NCBI GenBank assembly: GCA_005240145.1
Contig: SBAS01000088.1
Span: 4,925 to 68,924 of the forward strand
Reading direction: 5' to 3'
Origin: Nitrosomonadales bacterium
Lineage (GTDB): Bacteria > Pseudomonadota > Gammaproteobacteria > Burkholderiales > SG8-39
Length of the DNA stretch: 64,000 bases
Translations under genes and position numbers: made by a program
Part shown: positions 8,415 to 17,403 of the stretch, piece after piece
Layout of the letters: every line of letters begins with the position of its first letter
How positions within the stretch are numbered: the stretch's first letter is position 1
Notes under the pieces: generated by a model
Told to the model about the DNA's origin: nothing
Database searches by the model: none
What the model saw: only the letters and a program-made list of their open reading frames with translations

Positions 8415-9386
8415 ATGAGCCGTACCGTCACCATCGCCGCTGCACAGTTGGGTCCGATCCGGCGCGCCGAGAACCGTGCGAGCGTGGTCAAGCGCCTCAT
8501 CGCGTTGATGCGCGAGGCCAGGTCCATGGGCGCCGATGTGGTGGCCTACCCGGAAGCGGCGCTGACGGCTTTCTTCCCGCATTGGTGGACCGAGGACGAG
8601 GCCGAGGTCGATGCCTGGTTCGAGCGCGAGATGCCGGGCGCGGACACCCTGCCGCTTTTCGATGAGGCGCGCCGCCTCGGTATCGGCTTTCACCTTGGGT
8701 ATTGCGAACTCGATCAGTCAGCGGGCCGCAAACGCCGCTTCAACAGCGCCGTTCTGGTCGGCAGCGACGGCGCGATCATCGGCAAATACCGCAAAATCCA
8801 CCTGCCGGGCCATGCCGAGCACCGGCCCGAGACGCCGTTCCAGAACCTGGAGAAGCGCTATTTCGAAGTCGGCGACCTGGGTTTTGGCGCCTGGCGCGCC
8901 TACGGCGGTGTCGCCGGCATGATGATCTGCAACGACTGGCGCTGGCCCGAGGCTTACCGCGTGCTCGGCTTGCAGGGCGTGGAGATGGTTTTCTGCGGCT
9001 ACAACACGCCCGTGCATCACCCGGCGGCGCCGGACCACGACCGGCTGGGGCAGTTCCACAACGAGCTGTGCATGCAATCGGGCGCCTACCAGAATTCGAC
9101 CTGGGTCATCGGCGTGGCCAAGGCCGGCGTCGAGGAGGGCGTCGACATGATCGGCGGCAGCGCGATCATTGCCCCGACCGGGGAGATCGTGGCCCGCTGC
9201 AGCAGCAACGACGACGAGCTGATCGTCGCGCGTTGCGACCTCGACCTGGGCCGCTCGTACCGCGAGACGACGTTCGACTTCGCCAAGCACCGGCGGGTCG
9301 AGCACTACCGGATGATCGTGGAGCGCACCGGCGCGATCGAACCGGCGGATGAAGCCCCGGTCAGGCGCAAGCAAGGAGCGCGCTAA
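8415..9386 (+). CDS. carbon-nitrogen hydrolase, N-carbamoyl-D-amino-acid hydrolase type
   Basis: 323 aa. VTIAAAQLGP...YPEAALT...YRKIHLPG...MMICNDWRWPE (catalytic E-K-C nitrilase-superfamily pattern). Confidence 0.75.
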   Translation: MSRTVTIAAAQLGPIRRAENRASVVKRLIALMREARSMGADVVAYPEAALTAFFPHWWTEDEAEVDAWFEREMPGADTLPLFDEARRLGIGFHLGYCELDQSAGRKRRFNSAVLVGSDGAIIGKYRKIHLPGHAEHRPETPFQNLEKRYFEVGDLGFGAWRAYGGVAGMMICNDWRWPEAYRVLGLQGVEMVFCGYNTPVHHPAAPDHDRLGQFHNELCMQSGAYQNSTWVIGVAKAGVEEGVDMIGGSAIIAPTGEIVARCSSNDDELIVARCDLDLGRSYRETTFDFAKHRRVEHYRMIVERTGAIEPADEAPVRRKQGAR

Positions 9387-10627
9387 GCGCGCTGGGCGAT
9401 CAGCACCACGTTAGAGCCACCAAAAGCAAAGGAATTCGACATCACGGCGCGCGGAATTTCGCCGCGCTCGGCCTTGAGCGGCACATGGCGCACGGCGCAG
9501 GCCGGATCGGGCTGCTCGAGGTTCGCGGTGGGCGGAATGACACCCTCGGTGAACGGCATGAGAGCGGCCAGCATTTCGATGGCCCCGGCGCCGCCGAGCA
9601 GGTGGCCGTGCATGGATTTGGTCGAGCTCACCGGGATGCGCAGCGCCGCGTCGCCGAACACAGCCTTGATTGCCTCGCACTCGACCACGTCGCCGACGAT
9701 GGTGGCGGTGCCGTGGGCATTGATGTAACCGATTGCGTCGGGCGCAAGGCCTGATCCGGCGAGCGCCTGGGCCATCGCGCGCACCTGGCCGTCGCGGTCG
9801 GGTTTGGACATGTGGGTCGCGTCGCAGGTGTTGCCGTAGCCGGTGATGAAGGCGTGGATGGTGGCGCCGCGCGCGCGCGCATGCCCTTCCTCCTCCAGCA
9901 CCAGCGCCGCCGCGCCCTCGCCGAGCACCAGGCCGCCGCGGCGCAGGTCGAAGGGCTTGCAGCTGGCGGCGGCATCGTTAGCGTCCCTGGGCGAGAGCGT
10001 GCGCAGCGCCTGCCATGCCGCGAGCATGCCCGGGGTGAGCAGCGCCTCGGCGCCGCCGGCGACCATTGCGTCGGCGCGTCCGGCGCGAATCGCGTGCATC
10101 GCTTCGCCGATCGCCATCGCGGAGGACGAGCAGGCGGTGGAGAAATTGGCGAACGGGCCGCGCAGGCCCCATTTCATCGCGACATTCGAACCCGCGGCGT
10201 TGTTCATCGCCATCACCACCGAGAGCGGCCGCAGGCGGAAATCGCTCCTGCCGTAGACGGATTGGTAGGCGCCATCGAGGGTCTGCGCGCCGCCCATGCC
10301 GGTGCCCCAGCAAACGCCGATGCGATCGCGCTCCGCCGCGGCCGGTTGCGCGCCGACCAGCCCGCTGGCAGCAAGCGCCTCGCCCGCAGCTGTCAGCGCG
10401 AATTGCGAGACACGATCGAGCGCGGCGGCTTCGGGTCCCTTGAAATGCGCGGCAGGGTCCCAGGCGGCGAGGGCGCCTACCTGGACGCCGGATCCGAGCG
10501 TGACGTCCTCGGGCAGCAGGCGCACGCCCGAGCGCCCCTCAGCGAGTGCACGGTGGAAATCGGCGAGGTTATTGCCAAGCGCCGAGACAACGCCCAGGCC
10601 GGTGACCGCGACGCGGCGCACCGGCAC
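9383..10627 (-). CDS. beta-ketoacyl-ACP synthase II-like (KAS II paralogue)
   Basis: 414 aa. Active-site FSTACSSSAMAIGEA, then NAHGTAT, then SMHGHLLGGAGAIE and a C-terminal SNSFAFGGSNV. Confidence 0.85.
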   Translation of the reverse strand: MPVRRVAVTGLGVVSALGNNLADFHRALAEGRSGVRLLPEDVTLGSGVQVGALAAWDPAAHFKGPEAAALDRVSQFALTAAGEALAASGLVGAQPAAAERDRIGVCWGTGMGGAQTLDGAYQSVYGRSDFRLRPLSVVMAMNNAAGSNVAMKWGLRGPFANFSTACSSSAMAIGEAMHAIRAGRADAMVAGGAEALLTPGMLAAWQALRTLSPRDANDAAASCKPFDLRRGGLVLGEGAAALVLEEEGHARARGATIHAFITGYGNTCDATHMSKPDRDGQVRAMAQALAGSGLAPDAIGYINAHGTATIVGDVVECEAIKAVFGDAALRIPVSSTKSMHGHLLGGAGAIEMLAALMPFTEGVIPPTANLEQPDPACAVRHVPLKAERGEIPRAVMSNSFAFGGSNVVLIAQRA

Positions 10628-10633
10628 TGCAGC

Positions 10634-10879
10634 TCAGGCCTTGCCGGCGGCCGGCAGCGAGGCGGCAATGTGCCGCTCCAGGTCGGCGAGGCACTTGATC
10701 TTGCGTAAATCCTCGTCCGAGACCTTGACGCCGAATTCGTCCTCGACCTTGAACATGAACTCGATGAAAGAAAGCGAGTCGACCCCGACGTCTGCCAGCG
10801 GCGCGTTGGGGTCGATCTTGCCCGGCTCGAGCGAGAGCTCCTTGGTCGCGAGGTCCTTGATGCGGGCGAGGGTGTCCAT
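10634..10879 (-). CDS. acyl carrier protein (specialised, not the fab-cluster AcpP)
   Basis: 81 aa with the phosphopantetheine site GVDSLSFIEF. It lies 6 nt upstream of the KAS II gene. Confidence 0.8.
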   Translation of the reverse strand: MDTLARIKDLATKELSLEPGKIDPNAPLADVGVDSLSFIEFMFKVEDEFGVKVSDEDLRKIKCLADLERHIAASLPAAGKA

Positions 10880-10966
10880 GCGCCGATTCTAAACCACGAT
10901 CTCGCTTCGGCGCTGCCGCGGAGGAGGTAAAATGGCAACGAAACAAGCGCTTGCACAATTCACCGC

Positions 10967-12223
10967 ATGACCATCTTCGCTCTCGGGCTCAACCACCACA
11001 CCGCGCCATTGATGATGCGCGAGAAGGTCGTATTCCAGGTCGAGCGCCTGAGCGAGGCGCTCGGCGAAGCCAAGCGCCTGCTCGCGCCCGAAGCGGCGAT
11101 CCTCTCGACCTGCAACCGCACCGAGCTGTATTTGTCGGGTGACTGGCAGGACGAAAAGCGCGCGGCGGTCGCTGCGTGGCTGGCGAAATACCACAGCGTC
11201 GACCCGCACGAGCTGGCGCCATGCCTGTACGCGCTGCCGCGCGAACAGGCGGTGCGGCACGCTTTCCGTGTCGCCTCGGGCCTGGATTCGATGGTGCTGG
11301 GCGAACCGGAGATCCTGGGCCAGATGAAGGAGGCGGTGCGCTCGGCGGAGTCCGCCGGCACGCTCGGAGCGGTGCTCAACAAGCTGTTCCAGCGCTCCTT
11401 CGCGGTCGCCAAGGAAGTGCGCAGCACCACGCAGCTCGGCGCCCACAGCGTGTCCATGGCCGCGGCTTCCGTCAAGCTCGCGGCGCGCATCTTTGCCTCG
11501 CTCAAGGACCAGAAAGTGCTGTTCATCGGCGCCGGCGAGATGATCGAGCTGTGCGCCACGCACTTCGCGGCGCAGGGCCCGGCGCGCATCACGGTCGCCA
11601 ACCGGACGCTGGAGCGGGCCGAGACGCTGGCGCGGCGCTTCAACGCGTGCGCGATCGAGCTGCGCGAGCTCGCCGCCCAGTTGCACGAGCACGACATCGT
11701 GATCTCCTCCACCGCGAGCTCGCTGCCGATCCTGGGCAAGGGCATGGTCGAGCGCGCCTTGAAGGCACGGCGCCGCCAGCCGATGTTCATGGTGGATCTG
11801 GCGGTACCGCGCGACATAGAACCGGAGGTGGGGGAGATCGACGACGTGTTCCTCTACACCATCGACGACCTGAAGGGCATCGTGCAGGGCAATCTCGATG
11901 CACGCCGCTCGGCCGTGGAGCAGGCCGAGGCCATCATCGACACGCAGGTCGGCCAGTTCATGCACTGGATGCAGGTGCGGCAGACGGTGCCGCTGATCCG
12001 CGCTTTGCGCGATCAGGCGGAGGATGCACGCCGCTACGAAGTCGAGCGCGCGTTGCGGCTCCTCGCCAGGGGCGACGACCCGAAGCAGGTGCTCGAGGCG
12101 CTGTCGCAGGGGCTTACCAACAAGCTCATGCACGCGCCGACGCAGGCGATGAACGAAGCCACCGGCGAAGAACGGCGCACGCTCGCCGAGACGCTCGCGC
12201 GCCTCTTCCGTCTCAGGCCTTGA
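10967..12223 (+). CDS. hemA: glutamyl-tRNA reductase
   Basis: 418 aa. N-terminal [23 protein letters not shown], and the NADPH-binding site VLFIGAGEM. Confidence 0.95.
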   Translation: MTIFALGLNHHTAPLMMREKVVFQVERLSEALGEAKRLLAPEAAILSTCNRTELYLSGDWQDEKRAAVAAWLAKYHSVDPHELAPCLYALPREQAVRHAFRVASGLDSMVLGEPEILGQMKEAVRSAESAGTLGAVLNKLFQRSFAVAKEVRSTTQLGAHSVSMAAASVKLAARIFASLKDQKVLFIGAGEMIELCATHFAAQGPARITVANRTLERAETLARRFNACAIELRELAAQLHEHDIVISSTASSLPILGKGMVERALKARRRQPMFMVDLAVPRDIEPEVGEIDDVFLYTIDDLKGIVQGNLDARRSAVEQAEAIIDTQVGQFMHWMQVRQTVPLIRALRDQAEDARRYEVERALRLLARGDDPKQVLEALSQGLTNKLMHAPTQAMNEATGEERRTLAETLARLFRLRP

Positions 12224-13299
12224 AACCCTCGCTGCGCAAGAAGCTCGACAGCCTCGTCAAGCGGCTGGAGGAGCTGAACCGGCTGCTCTCGGCCGAGAAC
12301 GCGGCGCGTGACATGGACGAATTCCGCAAGCTGTCGCGCGAGCATGCGGAACTGAGCCGCGTCGTCGGCCTCCACGAGCAGTACCAGCAGGCCGAGCGCG
12401 ACGCCGCGGACGCGGCGGGCATGGCTGCCGATCCGGCGATGAAGGCCTTCGCCGAGGACGAGATCAAGACGGCGCAGGCGAAGATGCACAAGCTCGAAGG
12501 CGAGGTGCAGGCGGCACTGCTGCCGCGCGACCCGAACGACGAGCGCAATCTGTTCCTGGAAGTGCGCGCCGGCACCGGCGGCGACGAGTCGGGTCTTTTC
12601 GCCGGCGACCTGTTTCGCATGTATACGCGCTACGCCGAGCGCCAGCGCTGGCAGGTCGAGCTGATTTCGGAGAGCCCGTCAGAACTGGGCGGCTACAAGG
12701 AAGTGATCGTGCGGGTGGTGGGCGCAGGCGCCTATTCCCGGCTCAAATTCGAATCGGGCGGCCACCGCGTGCAACGCGTGCCCGAGACCGAGACGCAAGG
12801 CCGGATCCACACGTCCGCCTGCACCGTGGCGGTGTTCCCGGAAGCCGATGCGGTCGGCGAGGTGGTATTGAACCCCGCCGAGCTGCGCATCGATACCTTT
12901 CGCGCTTCGGGTGCCGGCGGACAGCACGTCAACAAGACCGACTCGGCGATCCGCGTCACGCACCTGCCGACCGGCATCGTGGTGGAGTGCCAGGACTCGC
13001 GCTCGCAGCACAAGAACCGCGAGCGCGCCCTTTCGGTGCTCGCCGCGCGCATCAAGGACAAGCAGGAGAAGGAACTCGCCGCCAAGACCGCCTCGACGCG
13101 CAAGTCGCTGATCGGCTCGGGCGACCGCTCCGAGCGCGTGCGCACCTACAACTTTCCCCAGGGCCGCGTCACCGACCATCGCATCAACCTGACCCTGTAC
13201 AAGATCGAGCGCATCATGGACGGCGAACTCGACGACATCGTCAACGCGCTCGCCGCGGAGCACCAGGCCGAGCAGCTCGCACAGCTCGCCGGCACATGA
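12220..13299 (+). CDS. prfA: peptide chain release factor 1
   Basis: [16 protein letters not shown] (GGQ motif) and the PET/PxT region are present. Start taken as TTG 12220, overlapping the hemA stop (TTGA). The 707-aa track ORF 11176-13299 is an upstream over-extension. Confidence 0.9.
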   Translation: MKPSLRKKLDSLVKRLEELNRLLSAENAARDMDEFRKLSREHAELSRVVGLHEQYQQAERDAADAAGMAADPAMKAFAEDEIKTAQAKMHKLEGEVQAALLPRDPNDERNLFLEVRAGTGGDESGLFAGDLFRMYTRYAERQRWQVELISESPSELGGYKEVIVRVVGAGAYSRLKFESGGHRVQRVPETETQGRIHTSACTVAVFPEADAVGEVVLNPAELRIDTFRASGAGGQHVNKTDSAIRVTHLPTGIVVECQDSRSQHKNRERALSVLAARIKDKQEKELAAKTASTRKSLIGSGDRSERVRTYNFPQGRVTDHRINLTLYKIERIMDGELDDIVNALAAEHQAEQLAQLAGT

Positions 13300-14087
13300 C
13301 CGTCTCCCAGGCGATCGCGGCCTCGGGGATCGACGCGCGCGAGGCAAGATTGCTGCTCGCCGAGGTTGCCGGCTTTTCGCAGGCAAGCCTGGCGGCTTCT
13401 CCCGAGCAGGAGATTCCGTTCGAAGTCGAAAACGCCTTCCTGGAACTGACGAAGAAGAGACGGGAAGGCGTGCCCGTCGCCTACCTCCTCGGCCGCAAGG
13501 AGTTTTACGGTCTGAATCTTTGGGTCAACCCCTCTGTCCTCATTCCGCGGCCCGAGACGGAACTGCTGGTGGACCTTGCCCTGGAGCGCAAACCCGCATC
13601 GCTGCTCGATCTGGGCACCGGTTCGGGCGCTATCGGCATCGCGGTGAAGTACAAATTGCCCGCAACCAGGGTAGTTGCAGTTGAATCGGACCTGTCGTCG
13701 CTCCTCACCGCGAAACGCAATGCCACCAAGCTGAATTTGCAGATCGATTTCCGTCACGGCCGCTGGTTCGAGCCTGTAGCGGGCGAGCGCTTCGATCTTG
13801 TCGTCTCCAATCCCCCCTATGTCGCGAACGGCGATCCGCACCTCCCGGGCCTGCGCTTTGAGCCGCAAGGGGCGTTGGTATCCGGGCCGGACGGGTTGGA
13901 CGCCATCCGGGAAATCACGTCGTCAGTAGGGGCATACCTGCGTCCCGGCGCCTGGCTGCTCCTGGAGCATGGGTTTGGTCAGGAAAAAGCGGTGCGGGCC
14001 CTGATCGAAGCCGCCGGGCTCGAAGCCATCACCACCTGGCCCGACCTTGCAGGCATTGCCCGCGTCTCGGGTGGAAAGCTAAAATGA
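13296..14087 (+). CDS. prmC: release-factor glutamine N5-methyltransferase
   Basis: The start overlaps the prfA stop (ATGA at 13296). [15 protein letters not shown]-binding motif and the NPPY motif (VSNPPYV). Confidence 0.9.
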   Translation: MTVSQAIAASGIDAREARLLLAEVAGFSQASLAASPEQEIPFEVENAFLELTKKRREGVPVAYLLGRKEFYGLNLWVNPSVLIPRPETELLVDLALERKPASLLDLGTGSGAIGIAVKYKLPATRVVAVESDLSSLLTAKRNATKLNLQIDFRHGRWFEPVAGERFDLVVSNPPYVANGDPHLPGLRFEPQGALVSGPDGLDAIREITSSVGAYLRPGAWLLLEHGFGQEKAVRALIEAAGLEAITTWPDLAGIARVSGGKLK

Positions 14088-14416
14088 CTCCCATGGACAC
14101 TCAAGACAAGATCAAGCAGCAGGTCACCGGCAACCCCGTGGTGCTCTACATGAAGGGCACGCCGCAGTTTCCGCAATGCGGCTTCTCCCAGCTCGCAGTG
14201 CAGGCGCTCAATGCCTGTGGCGTGACGAGTTTTTTCAGCGTCAACGTGCTGGAGAACCCCGACATCCGCCAGGGCATCAAGGAATACGCCAACTGGCCGA
14301 CCATCCCGCAGCTCTACGTCAAGGGCGAGTTCGTCGGCGGCTCGGACATCGTGAAGGAGATGTACCAGTCGGGCGAACTGCAAAAGCTGCTCGAAGGGGT
14401 AAAGCAGCAGGCCTAG
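14084..14416 (+). CDS. grxD: monothiol (Grx4-type) glutaredoxin
   Basis: 110 aa with the CGFS active site (PQCGFSQ) and WPTIPQLYV. The start overlaps the prmC stop (ATGA). Confidence 0.9.
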   Translation: MTPMDTQDKIKQQVTGNPVVLYMKGTPQFPQCGFSQLAVQALNACGVTSFFSVNVLENPDIRQGIKEYANWPTIPQLYVKGEFVGGSDIVKEMYQSGELQKLLEGVKQQA

Positions 14417-14433
14417 ATTGAGAAGCGGCGCGC

Positions 14434-14606
14434 ATGCGCGTGATCGCGCTCATCGACGACAAGGCGGTCATCCGAAAGATCCTCACCCGCGGGGTCTGTG
14501 GGTACCGCAAGCCGGGGCAGGTCGTCGCCCCGGGCCGCCCGCCCCGGATCCGCTCGATGCGTCAGAGCAAATCCTGGCCTACCACCCCGTCCCTGACATC
14601 GCCTGA
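14434..14606 (+). mobile_element. IS91-family (Y2 rolling-circle) transposase, C-terminal remnant, frameshifted
   Basis: RVIALIDDKAVIRKILTR in one frame continues as GLWVPQ...RRPGPPAPDP...ILAYHPVPDIA-stop in the next frame. That pattern matches my recollection of IS91-type transposase tails. Only about 57 codons remain. Confidence 0.4.
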
Positions 14607-14621
14607 ATTCGCCGCGCGCAG

Positions 14622-14672
14622 TGCATCGATTCGTGGTACGCTGTGCAGCCAGGGGCGGACAGACTTTCCTAT
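14622..14672 (+). repeat. left copy of ~52-bp imperfect direct repeat
   Basis: TGCAT..TCGTGGTACGCTGTGCAGCCAGGGGCGGACAGACTTTCCTAT. The 42-nt core has about 38/42 identity to 18813-18854. Confidence 0.8.
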
Positions 14673-14873
14673 TTTTCTGGCCTTGCGGCGGCTGGGTTTG
14701 CGCGACCCGCTGCCCGGCTTCGGCATCCTGGCCGAGCAGCACTGAGCCTGCGCCAGGCCCAGGTTTGGAAAAGACTGGCGCTTGCCAAAAGAACTGATCG
14801 CAGGGCAGAATCTGCAGTAACAGGTCCTGCCGCCCTGGTTCGGGGCGCAGAGGTTAATAAACGGGGAGGGGAC

Positions 14874-16136
14874 ATGAACAATCGTAGCGGGTTTGTTTTA
14901 GCCAGTTCCTTGCTGTGCTGGGCCATTGCGCTACCGGCTCTCGCCGATACCAGCAGCGTCAAAACCCAATCGACGGTGGTGGTGAAGAAGAAGGGGACGT
15001 ACTGCGCCGACGATCCCAACTGCATGAACCGCTATCACCCGGAAATCAAGGCGGTGATGAAGGCGAAGCCCGGGCAGATGCTCCGTTTCGAGACGCGCGA
15101 TGCGCTCGACTCGGACCTCAACATCAAATCCCAGCCCAAGGATGTGTTGGGCGTCGATCTCAACCGCGTGCATCCGCTCACCGGTCCGGTGCATATCGAA
15201 GGCGCGAAGCGCGGCGACGCGCTTGCCATCACGTTGATCGACATTGAACCCGATGAGTACGGTTACACGACGGTCGTGCCGGGATTCGGGTTCCTGCGCG
15301 ACAAGTTCCCCAATCCCTTTATCGCCAACTGGAAGCTGAACCGCATGGAAGCGGTTTCCGACCAGATCCCCGGCGTGCGCGTGCCGTTCAATGGGTTCAT
15401 GGGAACGGTGGGAACCATGCCTGGGCCGCAGGAAGTCAAGGACTGGGTCAAACGCGAAACCGAGCTTGGCGCCGCGGGCGGCATCGCGCTGCCACCTGAG
15501 CCCAAGGCCGCCATTCCGGCCGCGGTCTGCGGAGCGAACGGTTCGCACAAGGCCGAGTGCCTGCGCTCGATTCCGCCGCGCGAGAACGGCGGCAATATGG
15601 ACATCAAGCAGATGGTCGTGGGCACGACCCTGTTCTTGCCCTGCTACATCGATGGTTGCGGCCTGTTCGTCGGCGATGTGCATTACGCGCAAGGCGACGG
15701 CGAAGTCGCGGGCACGGCGATCGAAATGGGTGCCAAGGTGACGGTGCGCACACAGATCCGCAAGGGAATGGCGGCGATGATGAAGAACGGCCCGCATTTC
15801 GAGGGCGGCAGCCAGCTCAAGAAACTCGAGCCCGACCGTTTCTATGCCACCGTCGGCTACCCGTTGAAAAAAGCGGGTGAGATCCCTCCATATATGACCT
15901 ATCTGGACAACAAGAAAATCGCGCCGCTCACGAACCTCTCCGAGGACCTTACGCTCGCGGCGAGAAACGCCTTGATCGAGATGATCGACTGGCTGGTGGC
16001 GAACAAGGGGCTTACCCCGGAGCAGGCCTACGTGGTCACCAGCGTGGCAGTGGATCTGCGTATTGGCAATCTGGTGGATCTGCCCAACTACGCGGTGTCG
16101 GCCATCCTGCCGCTGGAAATCTTTGACAAGAAATAG
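14874..16136 (+). CDS. acetamidase/formamidase-family amidohydrolase with N-terminal signal peptide
   Basis: Start ATG 14874 follows GGGGAGGGG. Signal peptide LLCWAIALPALADT. FmdA/AmdA motifs HPLTGPVHIEGAKRGDALAITLIDIEP and GGNMDIKQM. The 231 nt upstream of 14874 in the track ORF are judged non-coding. Confidence 0.8.
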   Translation: MNNRSGFVLASSLLCWAIALPALADTSSVKTQSTVVVKKKGTYCADDPNCMNRYHPEIKAVMKAKPGQMLRFETRDALDSDLNIKSQPKDVLGVDLNRVHPLTGPVHIEGAKRGDALAITLIDIEPDEYGYTTVVPGFGFLRDKFPNPFIANWKLNRMEAVSDQIPGVRVPFNGFMGTVGTMPGPQEVKDWVKRETELGAAGGIALPPEPKAAIPAAVCGANGSHKAECLRSIPPRENGGNMDIKQMVVGTTLFLPCYIDGCGLFVGDVHYAQGDGEVAGTAIEMGAKVTVRTQIRKGMAAMMKNGPHFEGGSQLKKLEPDRFYATVGYPLKKAGEIPPYMTYLDNKKIAPLTNLSEDLTLAARNALIEMIDWLVANKGLTPEQAYVVTSVAVDLRIGNLVDLPNYAVSAILPLEIFDKK

Positions 16137-16157
16137 CGGTTCGAACGGCAGGTCAGA

Positions 16158-16180
16158 GGGGGCGCTCAGCGCCCCCTTTT
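16158..16180 (+). terminator. rho-independent terminator after the formamidase gene
   Basis: GGGGGCGC-TCA-GCGCCCCC followed by TTTT, 22 nt after the stop. Confidence 0.7.
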
Positions 16181-16190
16181 CATTCCTCGC

Positions 16191-16694
16191 ATGAATCGTC
16201 GTGGCTTTCTTGCGGTCCTTGTTGCGGGCTGGATTTGCCCTACGCTGGCGCACTCCCCGTATCGCCAGTGGGGCGTGTTCAGGCGCCGTTTTCTCATCAT
16301 CCAGACTTCGCGCGACGATCTCGAGGGGGATCGTCTGGGAGAAGCACTGGTCGCAGAGCTGAACGCCCGGGTGCCTGAAGCGAACGCCATGAACGGGCGC
16401 TCGCCCGATGCGGGGCGGGTGGCCGAACTGCTGATGTCGGGTCAGACCATGCTCGCGGTGTTCTCGCAGGATTTTGCGCTCAACCTGGTCCAGAGCGGGA
16501 GCGTATCGCTGCGGGTGCTCGCGCGCCGTAGCAGGCATCTGCTCTGTACTAGCGAAACGCTCCCCGCTGAACACGCCTACCGGATCTCTGCCGCGCTCGC
16601 CGAACGCAGCGCTCGGCCCGCGCTTCCCCCGCCTCTCGCCATGCATGCCGGGGCCGCCGCGTATCACGATGGCCGCGAAATACCGACTCAGTAG
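16191..16694 (+). CDS. exported hypothetical protein with Tat-like signal, weak TAXI/periplasmic-binding-protein resemblance
   Basis: MNRRGFLAVLVAG...AHS resembles a twin-arginine signal. The C-terminal LAMHAGAAAYH resembles the TAXI-family HPGA motif, but the protein is only 167 aa. Confidence 0.4.
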   Translation: MNRRGFLAVLVAGWICPTLAHSPYRQWGVFRRRFLIIQTSRDDLEGDRLGEALVAELNARVPEANAMNGRSPDAGRVAELLMSGQTMLAVFSQDFALNLVQSGSVSLRVLARRSRHLLCTSETLPAEHAYRISAALAERSARPALPPPLAMHAGAAAYHDGREIPTQ

Positions 16695-17403
16695 GGCGCT
16701 TGCCTTGCTGGTCGCCTGCGCCCTTGCTGGACCGGCGCTGGCTCATGAGTGGCTGGATGCGCAGGCGAGAGATCGTTGGCTCTCCACCGTTGCCGGGTAT
16801 ATCGAGCGCAGTCAGGTCGCGCGGGGTGAGGATGGCGCGCGCGCGCTGCTTGCTCTGGGTCTGGAGATCGAGCGACTGCGCATGGCTCTCAACGATGAGA
16901 TCGGGCGCCACGCTGCAGTGCGCGATCTTGCCTTGCAGGTGCTGCGCCAGGAACTGGAGCGCAAAGGGATCGCGTTTAACCGGTCCTCGTCAGGTGCACT
17001 GCTCGCACCCCGTTCGGACGAGCTGCGTCGCGCCGAGGCTGCGGCTACCGACCCTGTGACGCGCAACCGCGCGGCTTTTCACTGTCTGCGGCTGGAGTTT
17101 TACCCCAGGTTCACTCCCGATCCATTACTCGCTCAACTGCCACCCGGTTTGGCAATCGAGTTCGCCGGACGGGTACGCCGTATCGGGCCTCAAGGGTTAG
17201 CAGCCGACGAATGGGAGGAGGCTCTGTTTCTCAAGGCTGCCCTGCATGCGCGTTTCGCGCTGCGACCGCTCGAATCCGGTGCCCTTGCGCAGGAGATGCG
17301 GCTTGCGCAGGAGGCGTTCGCCGCGCTGGGTGCGACTTATCCGCAGTCGCTCTATCTGCCGGCAGCAAGGATTTATGTCGACGCGCTCGAACACAAGCGC
17401 TAG
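16669..17403 (+). CDS. exported hypothetical protein
   Basis: Internal ATG 16669 gives MAAKYRLSRALALLVACALAGPALAHE (a signal peptide) and a 244-aa helical protein. No family recognised. Confidence 0.45.
   Translation: MAAKYRLSRALALLVACALAGPALAHEWLDAQARDRWLSTVAGYIERSQVARGEDGARALLALGLEIERLRMALNDEIGRHAAVRDLALQVLRQELERKGIAFNRSSSGALLAPRSDELRRAEAAATDPVTRNRAAFHCLRLEFYPRFTPDPLLAQLPPGLAIEFAGRVRRIGPQGLAADEWEEALFLKAALHARFALRPLESGALAQEMRLAQEAFAALGATYPQSLYLPAARIYVDALEHKR

Noticed and set aside
5765-8665. 966-aa ORF as a single tape-measure protein
   Set aside because: Beyond about 7856 the translation is Arg/Gly/Pro-rich nonsense. It overlaps two well-supported genes in other frames (the amidohydrolase fragment at 7857-8411 and the carbamoylase at 8415-9386). 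Only the first ~700 aa are credible.
11176-13299. 707-aa ORF spanning hemA and prfA
   Set aside because: The first ~348 codons are an out-of-frame overprint of hemA with Arg/Ala/Gly-rich composition. RF1 homology begins at [12 protein letters not shown] (TTG 12220).
14770-14800. Possible sigma54 promoter (TGGCGC..TTGCC) upstream of the formamidase gene
   Set aside because: The spacing between the GG and GC elements is about 7 nt rather than the required 10. A weak sigma70-like TTGCCA-17/18-CAGAAT is more plausible but also unproven.
10889-16667. Antisense ORFs 10889-12133 (opposite hemA) and 14931-16667 (opposite the formamidase gene)
   Set aside because: Same reasoning as above: low-complexity translations opposite well-supported genes.
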